A DNA stretch of 64,000 nucleotides from Antedon mediterranea (taxonomy: Eukaryota > Animalia > Echinodermata): positions 27,329,175-27,393,174 of the forward strand of contig NC_092677.1 of the NCBI RefSeq assembly GCF_964355755.1, written 5' to 3'. Under the pieces are notes generated by a model. The model was not told the DNA's origin and searched no databases. It saw only the letters and a list, made by a program, of their open reading frames with translations. Both the position numbers and the translations under genes were made by a program. Below, one piece after another: positions 51,598 through 64,000 of this stretch. Numbering within the stretch: position 1 is the first letter of the stretch; each line of letters begins with the position of its first letter.

Positions 51598-52205
51598 CAT
51601 ATGGTGGAGGGTGAACCTGAGGAAGATCTCATATGGTGGAGGGTGAACCTGAGGAAGATCTCATATGGTGGAGGGTGAACCTGAGGAAGATCTCATATGG
51701 TGGAGGGTGAACCTGAGGAAGATCTCATATGGTGGAGGGTCAACCTGAGGAAGATCTCATATGGTGGAGGGTCAACCTGAGGAAGATCTCATATGGTGGA
51801 GGGTCAACCTGAGGAAGATCTCATATGGTGGAGGGTCAACCTGAGGAAGATCTCATTTGGTGGAGGGTCAACCTGAGGAAGATCTCATATGGTGGAGGGT
51901 CAACCTGAGGAAGATCTCATATGGTGGAGGGTCAACCTGAGGAAGATCTCATATGGTGGAGGGTCAACCTGAGGAAGATCTCATATGGTGGAGGGTCAAC
52001 CTGAGGAAGATCTCATATGGTGGAGGGTCAACCTGAGGAAGATCTCATATGGTGGAGGGTGAACCTGAGGAAGATCTCATATGGTGGAGGGTCAACTTGA
52101 GGAAGATCTCACATGGTGGAGGGTGAACCTGAGGAAGATCTCATATGGTAGAGGGTGAACCTGAGGAAGATCTCATATGGTGGAGGGTGAACCTGAGGAA
52201 GATCT
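51598..52205. repeat. 32-bp tandem repeat (~19 copies) derived from the former C-terminal coding sequence of the SRCR-A gene
   Basis: Minus-strand unit gatcttcctcaggtt(c/g)accctccaccatatga encodes DLPQV(H/D)PPPYE; the last copy continues ESVV-TAG. Confidence 0.95.
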
Positions 52206-52230
52206 GATGGTTGAACTGGGTTGGCATAGA

Positions 52231-52733
52231 TTATGGAGAGTGAACCTGAGGAAGATCTGATGGTTGAACTGGGTTGGCACCTTGTTCAGCTAGATTAGGT
52301 GGGTCACCTTGGTCATGTTGAGGGCGAAATGTTGATTGGAAAGGAGGATATTCTGATTGAGGAGGAACATCAGGTGGGTACCCTTGTACAATCCAAGCTG
52401 GCTGTGGTGGGTATTCTGGTGGGGTTATTCCTGGCTGAGGCAGGTATTCCGGTGAGGTTATTCCTGGCTGAGGTAGGTATTCCAGTGGGGTTATTCCTGG
52501 CTGAGGTAGGTATTCCAGTGGGGTTATTCCTCGCTGAGGTAGGTATTCAGGCTTCTGCTCTCCAGCTTGTGGTTCTTGAAATGATTGATGTTCCTGGAGA
52601 GATTGATTTGCTAATGAGATTGCAGTTGTAGCATTTTTGTCATCTCCTCTCTTTATTTTGACACAGCTGTAGAAGCAGCTACATACAACACAAAGTCCAA
52701 ATACCGCTATTGATTTACCTACATATGGCGATA
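52231..52733 (-). CDS. SRCR-A terminal exon: TM segment and EYLPQPGITP-repeat tail
   Basis: cccacag acceptor, open frame to TAA; similar to the paralog's last exon. Confidence 0.75.
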
Positions 52734-54463
52734 CTGTGGGAATAAAAACCGCTCAGTAAAGCATGTTTTGATTTTAGAATAAACTAGGCCTAGTCACATA
52801 TCTATCTGTATTTTCATTTTGGTAGAGATCTTGCAATACTTAACAAATGAATACTACAATCAACTACATATACCTTACCATAACCAACAATACAACCAAC
52901 ATCAAGAACAGTACAAAAGCTCTTAACTAAACTATAGCACTACAAAAACAAACAATTATTACAGCACTGCCTAACCACAAAAAAAGTATTATTACTTACA
53001 AGATTTTGATTTTGAACATTGATCATCAGATGGACAATCATCAGGCTCCGAGAAGCAACTAACTTTAGTTTTATACCAACAAGTATTTCGTTTCCAATTT
53101 TGATTCGGACACTGAGAAAGTGCTTGCTCATCTCCCACGCAATTAACATCACTAAAAATAACTCCACTGAGTATAGTATTATTAAACTGGTAAGTTCCTG
53201 AGGCTGATTGTCCACGTATAAAACCCAGTTGTTTGCACGCAATATCTGTGTTGTTTGACGTCCAACCATCGTAGCAGACCGTACCCCACAATCCATCACT
53301 ATTCTGTATTTCTATGTAGCCAGTATTTTTCCACATAAGATTATAACTTGCAAAACGAATTGGATAGATTTCTGAAAGGCAATAAACACAGAATTAGTGA
53401 GATGTATTCTATATGAAACTAGACCCTCGCAGAGACCGAGTTTCATATTTGTGTGGAATTTACCAGTTTAATTAACACGTTTCTGCACAACAACGTGCGA
53501 ATCTCCATTAATTTTTTTTTTAACATGAACTCTAAACGATAGATAGCAACCAACATGTTTCATGGTTCTAGTGGTAAAACAATTCTTCCAAGAAAGGGCT
53601 TCTACTCTCTCCATTTGAAGAAAAGACATTATAAAATATTTTAACACCATACCTCCTGTGCATTCTACCCCAACATCATCACTATGAGTACAATTTTGTG
53701 AAACCTGCGAGCTAGCCAGACAATCAGAAAGTTGTCGTTCATCACCATCACATTCAACGCCATCAAGCACTATACGTCTAGACTTTGATGCCTGTTGAAT
53801 ATCAGTAGAAGATAACACCTTTACAGCATATCCTAAGTTGAGTTCACGACACACCACAGTGGCATCAATCATATCAAAGTTATTAGCGCAAACTGTTCCC
53901 CATCGACCATTGTTAGAGACCTCGAGACGTCCACTGAAAGGCAAACCAACTAACCGTACACTCTTGGAAGCTAAAGAAAAAAAAAAGCATTTTTCATTCA
54001 TTAATATGGGACCGGTAAACGAGATTTGCTCTTTAATCTTAATACGTTCTTCCACACCAGAATTTGTTGTTTATCATTTATGTACAGTATTTGAAATGGT
54101 AAATAAATTGAAACTGAAAATATACCTACTTTTTTAATGAAAAATAGAGAATGTTGCATTGAACAATTCACTAGTATTATTAGGACGCAATTAATGCTTT
54201 TAATCATTTTAAGACATTATTTTCATGACAAATGTGCATGATTAAGTATGCATTTGACTAAATTTATAAACTATTCAATTCATGTAAAATATGAATTCTT
54301 TTAAAATTGTTTTCGAAAGTTTCTGATCATAGCATTTATCTAGTATTAGCCAGAAAAAGAAACAAATTCTAAGAAAAATGGTCATATATTACTACTTACC
54401 AACAAATGAAATTGATAAGCAAAACCAAAGTTTGATGACCGTTGACACATTCAGGAGATACAT
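52231..54463 (-). CDS. SRCR-A: type I membrane scavenger-receptor cysteine-rich protein, 2 SRCR domains + TM + Pro-rich tail, ~418 aa; complement join(52231..52733,53000..53371,53653..53970,54400..54463)
   Basis: Signal-like MYLLNVSTVIKLWFCLSISFV; SRCR motifs VRLV..SGRLEV..WGTVC..C..LG..C.GDE..L..C..C..DDVGVEC; phase-1 introns; TM-like SIAVFGLCVVCSCFYSCV; in-frame TAA at 52231-52233. Confidence 0.82.
53000..53371 (-). CDS. SRCR-A SRCR domain 2 exon
   Basis: EIYPIRFAS...GYIEIQ...WGTVCYDGW...CKQLG...CVGDEQALSQC; AG/GT flanks, phase 1-1. Confidence 0.9.
53653..53970 (-). CDS. SRCR-A SRCR domain 1 exon
   Basis: SVRLVGLPFSGRLEV...WGTVCANNF...DDVGVECTG; phase 1-1. Confidence 0.93.
54400..54463 (-). 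CDS. SRCR-A signal peptide exon
   Basis: ATG TAT CTC CTG AAT... paralogous to 60409-60475; gtaagt donor. Confidence 0.8.
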
Positions 54464-54735
54464 CTTTGCATATAGTGGTTACAACTAAAATCAAAATAAA
54501 GAAAAGGTGTTTGTTTAGCTAAACTCACAGTACAACAACTAGTATTTTATTTCCATATACAGGTACCCCACTAGCATTCAGGTAGCACTACATTTTCTAG
54601 TAATAAATTGTATAGAAAATATAGCATGCTAAATACATGGTCAAACAAATCTTAAATGATGAAATGAAAAATGTTTCTTACAATAACAGAAAGTTACATA
54701 CCTATTATAAAACTGAACAGGTTAGGAATCCAACA

Positions 54736-54880
54736 ACTCACTAGTGTTTAGTTGTCAGCTCACACAAACTTTTACTTTCACAAAACAAACGTAGGCTTTT
54801 AATTTATAGGGATGCTGTGTGTATTGAGACAGAAAATTGTGTACTGTATCAAGTCAAGTGCACAATAACAGGAAGTAATG
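54736..54880 (-). promoter_or_regulatory. Putative promoter and non-coding first exon of SRCR-A
   Basis: Minus-strand cctataaa (54803-54810) upstream of a gtgagt donor (~54736-54741); ETS-like ACAGGAAGT at ~54868. Confidence 0.35.
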
Positions 54881-56676
54881 TATATAGTTATTTGCACAAA
54901 TTTTATGAGTATAGACAGGAGAATTTCCGTTTCTATGCACTTTTGTTCATCAACTAACATTTTAAATAAACTCAATCATTACGTATGGGTTTTTATGGTA
55001 AGAAAAAATTAATAAAATTTAGGTCCTTTTTATAAATGTATATTTTATTAGTGGGGGGTTCAGGTCAAGTGAATGTACCAGGAGTTATACTATAATATGA
55101 ATGATTCGTTGAAGACCTTCGCATTGAATCGTAAAAATGACATTTATTTTTATCCATACTAAAATTCAAACTACTATAAATGGTGTACAACATTATTGTA
55201 TATAAGAAACACAAGCAATAATACATATAACAAATTAATATAAAAATAAAAGCATGTTAAAATTTTATCATAACAAAATAATTATCACTCTTATAATAAT
55301 ATACCTCACCTCATAAATTTATTTGTACCATTCCACTTATAAACATTAATTATTTGTATACTATTGAATGTCTATGAGTGGAATATGACCACAAAGACAT
55401 TATTTGTTTTATATTTTTATTCAATTAATTTAATTGCGCTTATTAAATTTTCAAAAACTTGAATATGTACTCTCAATCATGAGAATGGATCCAAATATTA
55501 ATGCATGGCATGTGAAACATAATCAACCAATCAAATGGCAAGAATACACTTGCGTATAATAATAAAACAATACTTTGTTCCAAAGTTAATCTTACTGTCT
55601 TATCATGAAATCACAACTAGTGCTACTGCTTAAAACTACTGCTTACTAGTGCTACTGCTTAAAAAAACTACTGCTTAAAATAAAACAAGTTAGGACGAAA
55701 TCACACAGTATGCTACATTATTTACAGCAAATAAAAATTACTATATATCTACATTTGATAAAAGCACATAAACATATATAATACATAATTATTATTGAAT
55801 GTACGCTGCCTTTTAGCAATTTTATATTATAAAATGATTAAATATTAAAAAACTTCCATCCATCCAACTAAATGTTATTTACTTAAAATTACCACACTTT
55901 GAATGATACCATTCAAAGGTGCAATATTAGTAGAGGAATATAAACTATTATTACTATTATTTATCCATAATCAAATGAGACCTTTAAAAATCTACAAGAA
56001 TTGAATACAAAATGTCTGTGTACAGGTATATTTATGTAATTTAAAATTGCAGTTTAATTAATGATTTGTCCATGATTAAAAACAAGCCACAATAGATACA
56101 GTGTGAGTGGTATTATTGTGTGCAAGAAGCACAATACAATATTTTAAAATTACCACTAAACTGAAGTTTGAATACATTCTTGGTTTATAAGGCAAGAATA
56201 TGCAGTGTTTTTTATTTATCAATGTCTGTACACAAGTTGTTAAAAATTAAATATGAAATTCTGTTACACAATCATAAAAAGAATGTCAAAAACCAGTACA
56301 TTGCACAATATTCGAATACTATTAATTTTATGGAAACGGGTGTAAAAAAAACAATATACAAGCAAGATGTTTTGGCCAACTCTGAGGATGTCATTGTACT
56401 CCTTAGTCCAGAGAAAGTTACATGTTGTCAATGTACCCAGTATGTCTAGTACAATTGTTGTCAGAGTTGGCCCAAACATTTGACCATTAAACTTATGGAA
56501 TACTTATGATACTTTCAAACACAAAGCCAAGCAACAAGATTATCTAAACACCTGGAGTGTCAAACTTAAATATCTTGTTTGTTTTTTTTAAATCCAGTCT
56601 ACATGGATATGATATCTATATCGTGTCTCACTGTTCACTATATTGAACTTTGATGGATAAAACCAATTTTCAGCTT

Positions 56677-57332
56677 CTAAGTTTGGGGGTATGTAGCAGA
56701 AACATCATATTGCGGAGGGTCAGCCTGAGGAGGTGCCGATGGCTGCACAGGATAGGCTGGGTCATTAGGGTAGGGAGAACTTTGTTTCTCAGCAGCTACA
56801 TTAGGTGGGTAACCTTGGTCAGGCTGAGGTGCATACCCAGGCTGTGGTGGGTAGCCCTGAGCATGCTGTGGTGGGTAGCCCTGTGCAGGCTGTGGTGGGT
56901 AGCCCTGTGAAGGCTGTGATGGGTAGCCCTGAGCAGGCTGTGGTGGATAGCCCTGACCAGGCTGTGGTGGGTACTCCATAGTAGGCTGTGGTGGGTATGC
57001 CATAGCAGGCTGTGGTGGGTAGCTTTGGGCTGGCTGTGTTGGATATGCCGGTGGGGGTGCATAACCAGGCTGAGGTGCATAACCAGGCTGAGGTGCGTAT
57101 CCAGGCTGAGGTGCGTACCCTGGTTGAGGTTGGTAGCCAGGCTGTCCAGGTTGTAGAAGTGGTTGTTGAACTGGCGGATGCACCTGAACTGGTTGGTTTG
57201 TTAATGGCACTGACGTAGTAGTTGTAGTAGCAGAAGCGGCATTTCTTCTCCTTCTTCTGGCATAGCAGATAGAGGATATTGCAATAATAATTACTATTAA
57301 TACCAATATTCCAATCAATATACCAATTGATG
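56677..57332 (-). CDS. SRCR-B terminal exon (TM + Pro/Gln/Tyr tail with PPAY and PPQY)
   Basis: atccatag acceptor; in frame with ORF 56677..57318. Confidence 0.9.
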
Positions 57333-60300
57333 CTATGGATATAAAACAAGAGTTAGTTAATAAAATGTTTTATCAAATAGATAATACTAAACAACCACAT
57401 TCAAAAACATGATAAAAATAATGAGCACTACCACAACCACTTTAAAGTGTTCTTAAAGATGTATTTTCTTCCAAAAACATGAAAAATGAGGATTAATTAA
57501 ATGAGACTTTGCATAGGTTATTTTGTAGATTTAATAAAGTAAATCACTTTCATAGAAAAAAAAACCAAAAAAATAAGATTAAATATGTATTAATAAAAAA
57601 TGAAATATTGACAAATTACTCACCAGCATGTGTACAGTTAACTGCAACATTTCCAGTGTAACAAGAGCCAGGATCATAGTCAGAAGTATCGCAAGAGAGA
57701 AGTGAGGTTTCTGAACCGTAACATGTAAAGCTAAGATGGTGCTGTTTCTCTACTAAACTTTTCTCAAATTCAAAATCGCTAGCATCGTATTGATGACTAT
57801 AACCAAGCTGTTTACACACTGCTAATGAGTTGTCACTGTACCACGGACTGTCACAAATGGTTCCCCATGCACCGTTGTAAAACAATTCTAGAATGCCTTC
57901 ACTATCATCACTGCCGCCAACAAGACGTACATCACCAGACTGAGCACCTAAAAAAATAAGAACAAGTAACAACTGTGCATTAATCTATTAATAGGATGAT
58001 AGTTGTACTTAACTACTTGGGAGTAACTTTTTAATACTAGACGTACCATTTAAGGCAAATTTCTAAAAAAATGACAATGCTGTGGGTATCGGTGGCTGGA
58101 TCTCAATGTAGATACAAAAAAAAACGCGAAACGCTAAATCAAAACGATAAAGTAAAACAGCCAGAAAAGTTAGTAGAGCTTTCGGGCAACACTAAATGTA
58201 TATATATTTCTTTTACAGCAATATTTCTATAAAGTTTAATTTAAATAATCATAATGAACGGAAAACAAGGCATTTGATACAAAATGGGTTATGAGTTGAG
58301 TAATTGGTCATCAGATGGTGACCGTACTCGGATGTAATTGGTCATCAGATGGTGGCCGTACTACTTCATACTAACTTCATAAGACGTAATTTTGTATTGT
58401 AAATACCAAGTACTGTACGTTGAAAATGTGTAAAGTTTATAATTAATCTATTAATGTTATTGTATTGTTGGTTGGGGACTGAATGCTACATCATGCTTAC
58501 CATCTATTGCACAACTAAGTGCTACATCATCGTCATGGTTACATGTTGATACCGTGGCCGACATCTTAGTCAAATCACAAGATTCAAATTCATCATCCAA
58601 CCAATCACAATAGGCGCTATAAATATTTACTGGATGTGACTCAATGTTTCTAATTTGGTACAAGTAACGATTTTGGGAGTAATTGTCAACGCTGGAAAAC
58701 CCAAGCTGTTGGCAAATAACTTTTGCTTCGTTGATGCTCCACGACTTTCCACAAACCGTTCCCCATTGATAATCCACGAACACCTCCAAAATTCCTTCAT
58801 TGCTAGTTTTACCGCCAACAAGACGAATTCTATAATCAGTGGCTTGTATTTAAAATAAATAGTTAAAAAAGGTTGTTATGATTATTAATAGAGTCTACAA
58901 ATGCAATTGATTTGCAGTTGTTGTTGAATCATGTGAAACTATTTCTAAATACATTTATAAATAATTATTGTGTCAAATGCAAGTTCAATGTCATTTTGGT
59001 AAAAAAAAATGTTACTTAGAATTGTGAAGCAACAACCACAGTAAACAATTGCCACGGTAACTTGATATCCTATCTGAAGAACAAGGCAATAAAAATACAA
59101 ACCTCTCAAGTCTCAGGATAATCATGGATAATCTGGATATTTTGGGAACACTTTGCAGAAAAACAAACAAGGCAATACACAGTATGTACTAACCAACCCT
59201 GATTTACATGACACAAGGGGATAGTGTGTTGGGTACCAAATGTGTCCCCTAACAGGGTTCAACACTGCTACCTGTATTTTCACCATTTATACTAAACAAT
59301 GCCATGCTTTTGTAGGTAATCATTGATATGACTGCCTCTTAAATGTCTACATTGAAACCAAGTACAATCATATGTTACTGCAGTAAAAGAATGTAGTTAC
59401 TGCAGTAACAACTGTATGATTTACATTCTTACCAAAGAAATCCTGTTTGCAAGTAACTTCAGTTTTAGTAGAACACACATTATTTTCAAAATAAAAATTT
59501 CCACACTGATCAAGGGTTAGCTCATCTCCTATGCAATCAATACTACTGAGAATACCATCACTAAGTTCATTATAATAACTAGATGCTTGGTATGAAGTTC
59601 CATCTTCATAGCCCATTTGTTTACATACAACATCTGTGTTTTCCGTATTCCAAGCATCGTAACAGACTGTACCCCATACTCCATTATTTTGTATTTCAAT
59701 ATAGCCAGTATAATCTAAATAATACCCATAACTAGCAAAACGAACAGGATGTGTCTCTGAAATAAAACAATAATTATGTTATGAAAGATGCAACACAGTT
59801 TCTTTACAAATATTGACATTTCTCCTATTGGAACCCCTTGACGACATAACACATTTACCTCCTGTACATTCTACTCCAACATCGTCACTATGAGTACAAT
59901 TTTGTGAAACCTGCGAGCTAGCCAGACAATCAGAAAGTCGTCGTTCATCACCATCACATTTAACGCCATCAAGCACTATACTTGTAGAATATGATGCTTG
60001 TCGAATATCGGTATTAGATAACACCTTTACAGCATATCCTAAGTTAAGCTCACGGCACACCACAGTGGCATCAATCATATCAAAGTTATTAGCGCACACT
60101 GTCCCCCATTGACGGTGACCGTTGTACGATACCTCAAGACGACCACTGAGAGTGAGACCATCAACTAAACGTACACTCTCTGAAACTGAGAAAAAAAACC
60201 CACCAGTTATATGTGACTATTATTAATACTTTTGTTTAGATTCTAAGTATTCTTTTATTGTACTTATTTATTTATATTTCTATAGTTGTCTTTCATGCAT

Positions 60301-60475
60301 TTATCTTCCCTTTCGAGATATTGAGTCTTTGCTACCTCCTCCCAATATTTGTTGATCACTACACATTTTTATATTCTGAGAAAGGCTGCAAAGGAACATA
60401 CTACTTACTAGCAAATGCACCTGATGAACAGAAACATAACATGAATATGACCTTTGACAAATTCAGGAGATACAT
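56677..60475 (-). CDS. SRCR-B: type I membrane protein with 4 SRCR domains + TM + PQPGY-rich cytoplasmic tail, ~679 aa; complement join(56677..57332,57624..57947,58501..58842,59433..59756,59859..60185,60409..60475)
   Basis: Signal [22 protein letters not shown]; four one-domain-per-exon SRCR repeats with phase-1 introns; [24 protein letters not shown] followed by RRRRR; exon lengths sum to 2040 nt. Confidence 0.9.
57624..57947 (-). CDS. SRCR-B SRCR domain 4 exon
   Basis: [34 protein letters not shown]; AG/GT flanks. Confidence 0.92.
58501..58842 (-). CDS. SRCR-B SRCR domain 3 exon
   Basis: [39 protein letters not shown]; aag acceptor, gtaagc donor. Confidence 0.88.
59433..59756 (-). CDS. 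SRCR-B SRCR domain 2 exon
   Basis: [38 protein letters not shown]; 324 nt phase 1-1. Confidence 0.9.
59859..60185 (-). CDS. SRCR-B SRCR domain 1 exon
   Basis: [35 protein letters not shown]; 327 nt phase 1-1. Confidence 0.93.
60409..60475 (-). CDS. SRCR-B signal peptide exon
   Basis: ATG...GCT A|gtaagt; hydrophobic leader. Confidence 0.82.
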
Positions 60476-61326
60476 CTTTGCATATCCAGGTACCACTTAA
60501 AAATAAAACAATAACAAATTATTCTATTAAGTATTAAAATCACATATTTTCGGAAGTTTTCTGAATGTTCTGCATTTTCAGTTTTGAGTTTCAGTTTCTA
60601 GCTAGGCCTTGCCTACCTAGGCTAGTGCCAATGCACCGCGCCCTGCATGCTACCTATTCCGCTTGAGCCGGGGTTTAATTAGTAGGCTAGGCCTAGGCTA
60701 GGCTTAAACTAGCTCCTACTCTAGCTAGGCCTGGCGAGAGAGTAGGGTCTGACTCTGTCCTTCTTTCTAACTAATAATAATACTGACTGGGCTTATTTCG
60801 TCCGTCTCCTACTCATGTTAATACCTATAACATCAAACTAGGCTAGTTACTTATCATTAAAAGCGTATTTTTAGCGTATTTTTAATACCTTATCGTTTAT
60901 TATTGTAAAGACGCCCTTTTTAGTGTGTGGGATCGATCCAATTAAAATGTACCAAATTGGTAGGTCGTGTATAGTCAACTTTTCTAACACAGTGCGTCTG
61001 TAAGAAAGGCTACCAGTACTCGTATTTTTTGCTAATTCACAGGATTACTGCATTCTGATTGGTTTGTAGTTAGAGAGCGATCCGCGGATGATAGGAGGCG
61101 CGCCAATTAATTGAATAGGCCTCTACATTCTGTATGTCTATTTTACTTAAATTAGCTATAATGTGAATACTATAGATATAAAAGGTGAACAAGATTGTAT
61201 AAGAAAAAGGGACATTTTATAAAAATGACAAGATATTAAATGCCAATTTGACATTTTATTCAAATTCCTCAGATTTGCATAACTTTGTACAAAAACAATT
61301 CATCTAAACCACAATTTTTACTCTTA

Positions 61327-61451
61327 AGCTCTGTCTACACTATCAAACGTTATGTGACAAAAAAAATGTGATGTGCTCATATATGGGCATGATGACATCA
61401 TACCAATACCATATTTGGGCACATCATTATTTTTATTGTGTAGATAGAGCT
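61327..61451. mobile_element. PIF/Harbinger-type MITE, 125 bp
   Basis: TIR agctctgtctacac / gtgtagatagagct; TTA target duplication on both sides; internal imperfect palindrome. Confidence 0.75.
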
Positions 61452-63760
61452 TTACAAATAATGATAATGAAACATAAATTATATTGAAATACATTACAAA
61501 AAAAATGTAAAACTATTCCTAGAATTCCTCTAGTTACCTGTATAAAACAATTAAAAACATTGCTTTTTTTTAACCGTGCAGCATTTGTATCAAGTAGGTC
61601 AGAATGCTGAGGTGGTATCAACTATTGGAATAAAAAGGTTGAAGCTTTTTTTGGAAAAATGTCCAAGAAACTTGTTTTAATTTTATTGGCCAATTCATTA
61701 AGTAATCGCTATAACAAGTACAACCCTGTACTGTGTTATATAAACCATTGGTCAATTCATCAAACAAAATCAACACCAGTACAACTAAATCTAAAAGTGA
61801 TTGTACTTGTCTAATCGTCACCACAGGAATCAATTCTGACGCAGCCTGAAATTAATGGAATTCATTTAAGAACACATGACGCTAATTTACTAAAGTGTGA
61901 TTGGTTCCCACTAGGACGCAATGCAAGCGAGTTGGCCAATGATAAGCCATTGCTTATAATTGGTCATGGTTTTCTCATAGGGTGGGTTTACACACAGAAA
62001 CATTTTCACACACTCGTACTAACATTTGTTACATTGTGTAAGATTTTTGTGTTTGTAAGAAGCTAATATAAACAAACTATCATCTTCTGCTTCTTGTGAT
62101 ATAAAAAGTAATTGCAACAAGTAATAACTTGTTCTAATAGAGACGTGCTAATAGATTTATTTATTTACTTTTGTTTCTGTATTTAGCAGCATTTTAAGTA
62201 TCATTGTAGTACTGAGTTTGTAACCTCTTTCTAATTGATGCTCTTACAATTCTAAACTTTCTTTGTAGAGGTTTTCGTTCATTAATCAAAATTCTTACAG
62301 CACTTTTAAAGAAGTTTCTTCAGATAACTATTTAGTTCATTAGAAAAATAACCTGTTTATTTTATTTTTTTAATTTTATTTGATATAGATTGTCCAAATC
62401 AATAATGTAATTTGTCTACAAATTATAATTTCCTTTGCAAGTTTATATATTGATGGTGTTATATAAAAATAACCATTGGAAATGAATTAATGTTATTGCA
62501 AAAAATTAAGCATATCCTAAAGATACTGTACACACATAATCTCAAAGATTCCTAACAAATTTGCCCTAGTATGTTTTGTGATTTGCAGCACATGTAGTAG
62601 AATAAGTAAATAGTGCCTGGAAGGAGGAGTCTATGAACACAAACTAAAATGTCAACATTTTATATAATTTCTGCAGCGCACTAGTGTCTGGAAGAAAAAG
62701 ACTAGGAACACAATTAAAATGACTAGTTTTCTATTAAAATGTAACACTTATGCAGCTCTGGGTGTCAACATTTCAGCAATTCAATTTAAACCCCTGATTA
62801 TGTTCCTGATATTACATTTATTTTTTTCACAAAATTCAGATATAAATTGTCTTTTTTCTTTCAAGTTTAGAATATCTAAATAACATGAATTACAAAAAAA
62901 ACCCACAAAAATAAATATTAAAAAACAATAAGATACAATGCAATATCTGTACAATCCTTTTAAAATTAATTTTAGTTGATAAAAATTTAAAACAATCTTT
63001 CTATTGGTCGAAAACATTTTTCTTTCTAAATCTATTAAAACATCATCCACTGTACAAGTACTAGACACAGAAACACTATCTATACATACATCTATACACA
63101 TTAAGTGCATTGTGACATCATTATATTCAAACAAATAAACTTTTCAGATAATGTTACGCAACCGACCACAAAGACATGTGTTTACTTTTCATGTTTTAGT
63201 TTCCTTTTATCAACCTGACCTGACCTGACCTGACTCAACCACAAGCCAGCCGTGTTTCTCATTTAATTCAGTGTTTCTCATTTAATTCAGCGTTCCTTTC
63301 ACTACAAAATTCATTTCTCAAAATTGTGACTTGTACATTGAAATGAGGCACAACAGGCTACTCCTTCTTCCACACATTATCACAAATAAAAAACTCCACA
63401 TAGTTGGTGTTCAATAACTTAAAACTACTGTGTATAAAAAAAGAAGATAAATATGAACACACTTTCACAAAAATATAGTAGACAAATTGGTAAAGTTAGG
63501 TTTGCGGTACATCATCAGTTTCCGAAATAAAGTATGGTTAAGTCTATTCCTTTTGGAAACAAATGGTGTATGGCTAACCTAACTTGACTAGTGTTTATAC
63601 GCCATATAAACCTTTTAACAATAAGTAGAACAATAAAAAGTACACAAAATATCTACTAAACATACAAACACAGAAAAGAGAAATTTTGGATTGTCAATTA
63701 AGCTATTTCATTTTGAGGTTATTTTAAGGCTTTGGCTTCTAAAGCCACACTGGAATGTTA

Positions 63761-63847
63761 GCCTTTAAAATTAACTGTAGTTTAAACTTTAAACGCCTTC
63801 AAAATTAACTGTAGTTTAAACTTTGAACGCCTTTAAAATTAACTGTA
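63761..63847. repeat. 34-bp tandem repeat, ~2.5 copies
   Basis: gcctttaaaattaactgtagtttaaactttaaac repeated. Confidence 0.8.
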
Positions 63848-64000
63848 CGTTGATATCCTGAGTGATGTAGTGAGGTGGTTAAAATACACATTTACGAAAC
63901 GTGCATACTGTCGTAAAAGCACACACACACAGTTGCGAAAAGTCTGTCGCGAACCAAAGAATCTTGTACATAGACACAACTCACAACATACTCATACACA

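Noticed and set aside
52299-52631. Plus-strand 110-aa ORF, and similar antisense ORFs at 56650-57218
   Set aside because: Antisense shadows of the Pro-rich tail exons on the minus strand
52879-52939. Possible extra small exon in SRCR-A (CYSLVKSFCTVLDVGCIVGY)
   Set aside because: Open only in phase 0, while the upstream exon ends in phase 1 (immediate stop); direct splicing of 53000 to 52733 keeps the frame

Overview
AT-rich, intron-containing animal genomic DNA, most likely an invertebrate deuterostome such as an echinoderm (inferred from SRCR genes, a Deu-type SINE and composition). Four spliced genes were reconstructed by hand from GT-AG junctions with consistent phases. (1) The last five coding exons of a SID-1/SIDT transmembrane gene (+, 69-4706). 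(2) A complete 139-aa PEA-15-like death-effector-domain gene (+, 21270-27640). (3, 4) Two tandem paralogous type-I membrane SRCR receptors with Pro/Gln/Tyr-rich tails (-, 52231-54463 and 56677-60475). About 20 kb (30.5-50.4 kb) is a nested pair of palindromic satellites: a 98-bp hairpin satellite with a 4112-bp higher-order repeat and flipped-loop variants sits inside a fold-back 89/196-bp satellite and itself carries a LINE 3' fragment. Mobile DNA also includes a Naiad-like Penelope fragment with a GIY-YIG domain and a hammerhead ribozyme in (TA)n, a non-autonomous Helitron, a Deu-type SINE, MITEs and a tRNA-Thr-like cassette bounded by direct repeats. Several minisatellites have amplified functional sequence: an exon end plus splice donor in SIDT, and a PPPY-encoding C-terminus in one SRCR gene. 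Most ORFs in the supplied track are repeat-derived artefacts. All homology statements rest on recalled sequences, not database searches.
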